The notes under the pieces: generated by a model
Told to the model about the DNA's origin: nothing
The model's database searches: none
The model's input: the letters and a program-made list of their open reading frames with translations, nothing else
Made by a program: the position numbers and the translations under genes
Shown: positions 58,274 to 64,000 of the stretch, piece by piece
Position numbering within the stretch: position 1 is the first letter of the stretch
Layout: every line of letters begins with the position of its first letter
Source: an uncultured Acidobacteriota bacterium
Lineage (GTDB): Bacteria > Acidobacteriota > Thermoanaerobaculia > Multivoradales > UBA5704
Assembly (NCBI GenBank): GCA_963770895.1
Contig: CAVYRF010000002.1
Span: 2,816,001 to 2,880,000, forward strand
Reading direction: 5' to 3'
DNA length: 64,000 nt

Positions 58274-60022
58274 GTGAACGACCACCCCACCGCCGCCGAG
58301 ATCGCCGGCATGGCCCGCGGCACCATTTCACGCAATGGCCTCCAGCGGATGGTGGCGCACCTGCTCGAAGGCTGCCAGCGCTGCGCCCGGCAGCTCGCTT
58401 CGGCAATCGAGCTGACGACGCCGGCGCAGGCTGCCGCCAGTACCGGCGCCGCCTGCAGCGGTGCCGGCCCTGCGCGCCGGTCCTCATCGCAAAGGCGTTC
58501 GCTGGCTCAGTCGGCGGCTCCTCAAGCCTATGACCAGGCCGCCTACGATCCGCCGATCGCCCGCGCCTGCGCCACGGCGCTACGCCACTTGCGCCAGCTT
58601 GAGCACGACCGCCGTCAGGTGCGCGCGGGGGAGCCTGACGCGGCGCCTCCGGCATCGTCACTGGCGGCAACGGCGCGGACGCCGGCCGCGAAGGCGACCA
58701 CCGCGCCGCTGGCCCTGGCGGCGACGCCGGCCCCAACTGCGCCGATGGCGACGCCGGCCCTGACTGGCCTGACTGCGATTCCGGCCCTGACTGACCTGGC
58801 CGCAACGCTGGCCACGACTCCTGCGACGAGGGCGGCGACCGCCAAGGCGACGGCGACGCCGGCCGGACAGGCTGACGCGGCGCCGCTTGCCGCGCTCGCT
58901 TCCCCCGGTGAGATCGCGCCGCAGGCGCGGCCGCCGGTCGCCGCCGCCGCGGCGCGAAGCCGGCGCAAGGATGGCTCCAAGGAGGGCGAGCGCCGGCACC
59001 CGGTCGCCCTGCTCAAGGTGGAAATGCTGCTCACCACGGCCTGGGATCTGCGCCACACCGACCCGCAAAAGATGCTCCAGATCGCCGAGCTGGCGCTCTC
59101 CGCGGCGGAGCGCCTGGATGGCTCCCGCCACGGCGAGGCGGCGGTGGCCGATCTGCGCGCCCGCGCCGCTGCCGAGCTGGGCAACGCCTACCGCGTCTGC
59201 GACGACTTCCTGCAGGCCGAGCGGATGATGGCCGAAGCGGTGCGCTGGCAGCGGCGGGGCAGCGGCGACCTGACGCTGGTGGTCCGCATCGGCGACCTGC
59301 TGGCATCGCTGCTGGTCGATCAGCGGCGATTCCCCGAAGCCGATGAGCTGCTCGACCAGGTGCAGAGCTACTACCAGAAGGAAAACGACCCCCACCTGGC
59401 CGGCCGGACGCTGATCAAGCGCGGTATCTTCGCCGGCTACGACGGCGCGCCGCGCCGCGCGCTCCGCTACCTGACGGAAGGGTTGGAGCTGATCGACGTG
59501 CAGCAGGACCGGCGCCTGGCGGTGCAGGCCGTGCACTCCATCCTGTGGAACCTGGTGGAATGCGAGCGCTACCGGCAGGCGCGCATCCACCTGTGGCGGA
59601 CGCGCGCGCTCCTGCTGGAGCACGGCGGGGAAATCTACCCGCTGCTGCTGCGCTGGCTGGAAGGGCGGATCGACGCCGGCCTGGGCGAGCTGGACCGCGC
59701 CGAGCGCGAGCTGGCGGCGACGCGCCAGGGGTTTGCGGACGCCGGCTACATCTTCAACGCCGCCCTGTCATCGCTCGACCTGGCCGCGGTGTGGCTGCGC
59801 CAGGGCAAGACCATGGCCGTGCGCCAGCTGGTCGAAGAGATGATAGCGACCTTTCGCGCCCTGCGCCTGGCGCGCGAAGCGGTGGCGGCGCTGCTCATCC
59901 TGCGCGAAGCGTGCGATCGCGACGAAGCGACCCTGGACCGCGTGCAGGCGGTGGCCGCGCTGCTCACCGAGCTGGAGCATCAGCAGCCGCGCCGTCACTC
60001 CGAAACGCCGGTCGCCGATTGA
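58274..60022 (+). CDS. TPR-like helical-repeat protein with N-terminal zf-HC2-like motif (HLLEGCQRC)
   Basis: GAGGAGG RBS then GTG 58274; H-x4-C-x2-C; helical repeats AELGNAYR...AE, LASLL..QRRF.EA, WLEGRI.AGLG....AE, DLAAVWL.QG. Confidence 0.8.
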   Translation: MNDHPTAAEIAGMARGTISRNGLQRMVAHLLEGCQRCARQLASAIELTTPAQAAASTGAACSGAGPARRSSSQRRSLAQSAAPQAYDQAAYDPPIARACATALRHLRQLEHDRRQVRAGEPDAAPPASSLAATARTPAAKATTAPLALAATPAPTAPMATPALTGLTAIPALTDLAATLATTPATRAATAKATATPAGQADAAPLAALASPGEIAPQARPPVAAAAARSRRKDGSKEGERRHPVALLKVEMLLTTAWDLRHTDPQKMLQIAELALSAAERLDGSRHGEAAVADLRARAAAELGNAYRVCDDFLQAERMMAEAVRWQRRGSGDLTLVVRIGDLLASLLVDQRRFPEADELLDQVQSYYQKENDPHLAGRTLIKRGIFAGYDGAPRRALRYLTEGLELIDVQQDRRLAVQAVHSILWNLVECERYRQARIHLWRTRALLLEHGGEIYPLLLRWLEGRIDAGLGELDRAERELAATRQGFADAGYIFNAALSSLDLAAVWLRQGKTMAVRQLVEEMIATFRALRLAREAVAALLILREACDRDEATLDRVQAVAALLTELEHQQPRRHSETPVAD

Positions 60023-60075
60023 GTCGCCCGCCGTCTGGAGGGCGGCGGCCGAACGGGTAGTGCAGACCGGTCGGG

Positions 60076-60624
60076 TCAGTCGTCGGGCCAGGAGTCTTGC
60101 GGCGGGATCTTGCCGCCGCCCAGCGGCAGCGGCGGCCCGACGCCGGCAGCGCCGGATGTGCCGGCGGGTGTCGTGGCTCCGATCAAGGTTTCTCGCGTTG
60201 CCGCCTTGAATCCGTCGCTCAATGCCGGCGGCCCGCCGCGATCCAGGACGCGGTCCAGAACGGCTTCGATGCGGCGGTCCAGCTCTTCGTTGGTCCACCG
60301 GCGCGACGGCGCCGGCGGCGGCGCGACGCGGCCGTAGCCCAGGCGCTGAAAGCTTTCCAGGACGCTGGTGGCGGCCGAGTCGCCGCCGTCTTCGACGCGC
60401 GGCTTGGCACACGCCAGCTGAAAGAAGCGCTCGGGTCTCATCCCGATCACTTCCAGGACGCGCAGGATGTGGCGGAGCTTGAGGTCGATGCGGCCGTTGA
60501 AGATGCGGTTGAGGGTTCCCGCTCCCAGATCGAGCCGGCGCTCGACCTCGCGCACCGAGAAGTCGGACAGCCGCACCAGGGCCTCGAGGACTCTCGCCAT
60601 GCGGCGGATGTCGTCGTCGACCAC
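60076..60624 (-). CDS. XRE/Cro-like HTH DNA-binding protein
   Basis: SVREVERRLDLGAGTLNRIFNGRIDLKL.HI..VL..IG; TAGACT 6 nt upstream of GTG. Confidence 0.82.
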   Translation of the reverse strand: MVDDDIRRMARVLEALVRLSDFSVREVERRLDLGAGTLNRIFNGRIDLKLRHILRVLEVIGMRPERFFQLACAKPRVEDGGDSAATSVLESFQRLGYGRVAPPPAPSRRWTNEELDRRIEAVLDRVLDRGGPPALSDGFKAATRETLIGATTPAGTSGAAGVGPPLPLGGGKIPPQDSWPDD

Positions 60625-60745
60625 GGCGCGAGTCTACACCAGCCATCCCGGCCCACCGTTGCCGCGTCGCCTCGCCGCGGGATAGCATCCGTTGGCTTCG
60701 CAGCCTGCGCAGCGCGCCCGCGCTTTCAGATAGAGGAGGCTTCCG

Positions 60746-61894
60746 TTGGACTTTGCCCTGACCGACGAACAGCGCGCCATTCAAGCGACCGCCCGCGACT
60801 TCGCGCGCCAAGAGATCCATCCGATCGTCGACGAGATCGACGAAAGCCAGCGCTTCCCGCGCGAAGTGATGATGAAGGCGGGGGAGCTGGGCTTTCTCGG
60901 CATCATCTTTCCCGAAGAGTACGGCGGCGCCGGCCTCGGCTATGTCGAATACGTGCTGGTCGTCACCGAGCTGTCGCGCGTCGACCCCTCGGTCGGGATC
61001 AGCGTTGCCGCCCACAACTCCTTGTGCAGCAATCACATCTACAAGTTCGGCAGCGACGATCAACGGCGCCGGTGGCTGCGCCCCCTGGCGGCCGGGGAAA
61101 AGATCGGCGCCTGGAGTCTGACCGAGCCCGGTGCCGGCTCCGATGCCGCGGGGACGCGGACGCGGGCGGACCGGGTGGCGGGCGGCTGGGTGCTCAACGG
61201 CGCCAAGACGTTTACCACCCACGGCCGCGAGGGCGACATCTGCGTCGTCTTTGCCGTCACCGACCCGGCGGGTCCGCGCCACCACAACATCTCCGCCTTC
61301 GTGCTGGACAAGGGGATGGACGGCTTCCGCGCCGGCAAGAAGGAAAACAAGCTGGGCATCCGCGCCTCGGACACCTCCGAGGTGATCATGCAGGACTGCT
61401 TCGTGTCCGAGGACCGCCTGCTGGGCGACGCCGGCGAAGGCTTCATCCAGGCGCTCAAGATCCTGGACGGCGGGCGCATCTCGATCGCCGCCCTGGGGCT
61501 CGGCACCGCCAAGGGGGCGTACGACACCGCGCGCGCCTATGCCAAGGAGCGCCACCAGTTCGGCAAGCCGATCGCCGCCTTTCAGGCCATCCAGTTCATG
61601 CTGGCCGAAATGGCGACCACGGTTGCCGCCGCGGAATGCCTCACCCTGGCCGCCGCCGAAGCCATGGACCGCGGCGCCGACGTGTCGCGGCTGGCGTCCG
61701 AAGCCAAGCTGTACGCCGGTGAAGCCGCCGTCTTCTGCAGCGAGCGCGGCGTGCAGATCCACGGTGGCTACGGGTTCATCAAGGACTACCGGGCCGAGAA
61801 GTTCTACCGCGACGCCAAGATCTGCACCATCGGTGAAGGCACCAGCGAGATCCAGCGCCTGGTGATCGCGCGCCAGCTCCTCAAGGAGCGCTAG
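60746..61894 (+). CDS. Acyl-CoA dehydrogenase (short/branched-chain type)
   Basis: FPEEYGGAG, SLTEPGAGSD, KLGIRAS, LDGGRISIAA, RHQFG, QIHGGYG, IGEGTSEIQR. Confidence 0.93.
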   Translation: MDFALTDEQRAIQATARDFARQEIHPIVDEIDESQRFPREVMMKAGELGFLGIIFPEEYGGAGLGYVEYVLVVTELSRVDPSVGISVAAHNSLCSNHIYKFGSDDQRRRWLRPLAAGEKIGAWSLTEPGAGSDAAGTRTRADRVAGGWVLNGAKTFTTHGREGDICVVFAVTDPAGPRHHNISAFVLDKGMDGFRAGKKENKLGIRASDTSEVIMQDCFVSEDRLLGDAGEGFIQALKILDGGRISIAALGLGTAKGAYDTARAYAKERHQFGKPIAAFQAIQFMLAEMATTVAAAECLTLAAAEAMDRGADVSRLASEAKLYAGEAAVFCSERGVQIHGGYGFIKDYRAEKFYRDAKICTIGEGTSEIQRLVIARQLLKER

Positions 61895-62901
61895 TGGCGG
61901 CGCTCGGGCGCAGCCGGCAGGATTGGCCGCTCGACGAGCTGGTGGCGCGTCTGATGGAGCGCCAGCCGCGCGCGCTGGGACGCGCTGTGTCGCTGGTGGA
62001 AGACGGCGGTGACGCGGCGCGGCAGCTCGTCGCGCGCGTCTATGGGCACACCGGCCGGGCGCGGGTGGTGGGGGTGACCGGTCCGCCCGGCGCCGGCAAG
62101 AGCACGCTGGTGGATCGCCTGGCTCGCCACTGTCGCGGGCGCGGCGAAACGGTGGGCATCCTGGCGGTCGACCCCACCAGCCCCTTCACCGGCGGCGCCC
62201 TGCTGGGCGACCGCATCCGCATGCAGAGCCACTACACCGACGGCGGCGTGTTCATCCGTTCGATGGCCACGCGCGGTGCGATGGGCGGTCTGGCGCGCGC
62301 CACCCGCGACGGGGTGGATCTGCTCGACGCCGCCGGATTCGACTGGGTGTTGGTCGAGACGGTGGGGGTGGGCCAGGACGAAGTGGACGTGGTGCGTTCG
62401 GTGGATTCCGTCGTGGTGGTCACCCTGCCCGGCCTGGGCGACGAGATCCAGGCGATCAAGGCGGGCATTCTGGAGATCGCCGACGTGTTCGTGATCAACA
62501 AGGCGGACCGCGAAGGAGTGGATCGTGCCTGGAAGGACCTTCACATGATGCTGTCGATCGGCGACCACGGTGCCTGGCTGCCGCCGGTGCTCAAGGTGAT
62601 CGCCACGCGCGACGAAGGCGTCGATCGGCTGCTGGCCGAGATCGACCGCCATCGCCGCCACCTGGAAGAGAGCGGCGAGCTCGCGGCCCGCCGCCGGTCG
62701 CACCTGCGGCTGCGCGTCGAAACCCTGCTCAAGGAGCGCGTCGTGGCGGCGGCCGACCGCCTGCTCGGCCTCGAACGCGAAGTCGAGCGCGGTTTCGCCG
62801 CCATGCTCGATCCCTACCAGGTGGCGGATCGGCTGTTTGCGGGCGTCGTCGACGGCGGCGCCGCTGCCGCCGCCACCGTCGCCGCGGAGCGAACGCTGTG
62901 A
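61894..62901 (+). CDS. meaB: Methylmalonyl-CoA mutase-associated GTPase MeaB/ArgK
   Basis: GPPGAGKST, AVDPTSP.TGGALLGDRIRM, ETVGVGQ, NKAD. Confidence 0.95.
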   Translation: MAALGRSRQDWPLDELVARLMERQPRALGRAVSLVEDGGDAARQLVARVYGHTGRARVVGVTGPPGAGKSTLVDRLARHCRGRGETVGILAVDPTSPFTGGALLGDRIRMQSHYTDGGVFIRSMATRGAMGGLARATRDGVDLLDAAGFDWVLVETVGVGQDEVDVVRSVDSVVVVTLPGLGDEIQAIKAGILEIADVFVINKADREGVDRAWKDLHMMLSIGDHGAWLPPVLKVIATRDEGVDRLLAEIDRHRRHLEESGELAARRRSHLRLRVETLLKERVVAAADRLLGLEREVERGFAAMLDPYQVADRLFAGVVDGGAAAAATVAAERTL

Positions 62902-63359
62902 TCCGCGGCGTCGATCACATCGGCATCGCGGTGCGTTCGATCGCCGAAGGCCGGCTGTTCTACGAAGCGCTGGGGCTGCACGTCGAAGCCATCGAAGAGG
63001 TTCCCGGCGACCAGGTGCGGGTGGCGATGATCCCGTGCGGCGGCACCCACATCGAGCTGCTGGAGCCCACCTCGCCCGACTCGCCGGTGGCCCGCTTCCT
63101 CGATCGCCGGGGGCCCGGCCTGCACCACATCTGCCTGGCCAGCGACGGCCTGATCGCCGACGACGCGCAGCTGCGCCAGAGCGGCTATCGGGTGCTGCGC
63201 CCGGAGCCGACGCGCGGCGCCGGCGGCTGCTGGATCCAGTTCGTGCACCCGCAGAGCACCGGCGGCGTCCTGGTCGAGCTGTCGCAGCCGGGCGACGACA
63301 GCGACGGCGAGCCCGCGCTCGAGCCATCGCAGCCCCAGCCCCCGCCGCCCCGGCCATGA
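62898..63359 (+). CDS. mce: Methylmalonyl-CoA epimerase
   Basis: DHIGIAV, IELLEP, GLHHIC, FVHP.STGGVLVEL. Confidence 0.92.
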   Translation: MIRGVDHIGIAVRSIAEGRLFYEALGLHVEAIEEVPGDQVRVAMIPCGGTHIELLEPTSPDSPVARFLDRRGPGLHHICLASDGLIADDAQLRQSGYRVLRPEPTRGAGGCWIQFVHPQSTGGVLVELSQPGDDSDGEPALEPSQPQPPPPRP

Positions 63360-63724
63360 GAATCCGCGCCGGTTCGATCATTGTCGTGCACCTCAACAAC
63401 CCGACCGAGAAGTTCTGGGGGGTGCTGCAGGAGGTGGCGATGGCCGGCGTCTACCTGCGCGGCATCAGCGTCGACAGCTTCGACGACTGGATGGCGCAGG
63501 CGGTGCGCGGCAAGGACCAGACGCTCGGCCTCTGCTCCATGTTCGTGCCGCTGTTTCGCGTCGAGCGGATCTTCCTGGACGAGCCGGTGGGAGAGGTCGA
63601 GAGCTACCGCCAGCGCTTCTCCCGCCGCGTCGGGGTGGCGGTCGAGCGCTACCTGGACCTGGCCGATCCGGCCGGCGACGACGAAGGCGAAAAGGCCGGC
63701 TCGCCGCCGGAGATCCCCTCGTAA
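63356..63724 (+). CDS. Small hypothetical protein (possible Sm/LSm-like beta fold)
   Basis: ATGA overlap with mce; VVHL.NP.EKFWGVL....GV.LRG, FVPLFRVERIFLDE. Confidence 0.7.
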   Translation: MRIRAGSIIVVHLNNPTEKFWGVLQEVAMAGVYLRGISVDSFDDWMAQAVRGKDQTLGLCSMFVPLFRVERIFLDEPVGEVESYRQRFSRRVGVAVERYLDLADPAGDDEGEKAGSPPEIPS

Positions 63725-63753
63725 CCCCCGCGGCCCCGACCAGACCTCCGGCG

Positions 63754-63999
63754 TCAGTGTGCCGGCGCCCTTCCCAGGGGGTCTTCGTGCTCGCCGATCC
63801 GCCGTAGCAGGCGGTCCGTCAGGCGGCGTAGCGGCAGCGGTCGCGGTGGCAGCTCGGGCGTCGCCGGCTGGGCGGCATCCGCCAGGGAGCCGTCCTGCGC
63901 CAGGCCCAGGCCCCGCACCCCCGTCAGACACCCCAGCGCTTCCAGCGCCTGGCCGCTGGCCAGCGCCAGTCCGGCCTCCAGCCAGGCGCGCTCCAGGTC
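63754..63999 (-). CDS. C-terminal end of a gene entering from beyond the window
   Basis: Open frame DLERAWLEAGLALASG...RAPAH* with coding-like codons, running to the window edge. Confidence 0.5.
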   Translation of the reverse strand, partial: DLERAWLEAGLALASGQALEALGCLTGVRGLGLAQDGSLADAAQPATPELPPRPLPLRRLTDRLLRRIGEHEDPLGRAPAH

Positions 64000-64000
64000 T

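Noticed and set aside
57717-60022. Classical RiPP biosynthetic cluster
   Set aside because: No radical SAM, YcaO, LanM, ATP-grasp, peptidase or transporter gene is adjacent, and the precursor has a Sec-type signal.

Overview
This is a very high-GC bacterial chromosomal window. The gene content and protein styles suggest Acidobacteriota, probably Thermoanaerobaculia-like (an inference). Most of it is housekeeping: a biotin operon end (bioB, bioF, fused bioD-bioA), glgX, glpD, dcd, glpX, acyl-CoA dehydrogenases, RsbU/RsbW/RsbV partner-switch genes, a prenyl synthase, a type-2 ileS, an envC-ctpA-yibQ-like envelope cluster, ybbP/ybbA/tesA, mazG, dnaK-hsp20-hspR, a DnaC-like ATPase, SpoIID, meaB and mce. 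I saw no rRNA, tRNA, CRISPR array or transposase. The best candidate for an undescribed system is at 57.5-60.6 kb. It has a small secreted peptide precursor ending in GGGCPNPDGGPCT, then a TPR-like protein with an N-terminal H-x4-C-x2-C zinc motif, and a convergent HTH regulator. The first two genes share an AT-rich upstream motif, so this may be an RRNPP-like peptide signalling cassette. Other notable items are an IleRS2 with GVHH in place of HIGH, a BioD-BioA fusion, a TipA-like MerR gene with a textbook operator and an internal start, a run of probable pseudo-enzymes, a duplicated Cys-bounded C-terminal domain, widespread leaderless-type promoters and a helically phased intergenic repeat array. 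All calls come from reading motifs by eye; no database searches were run.
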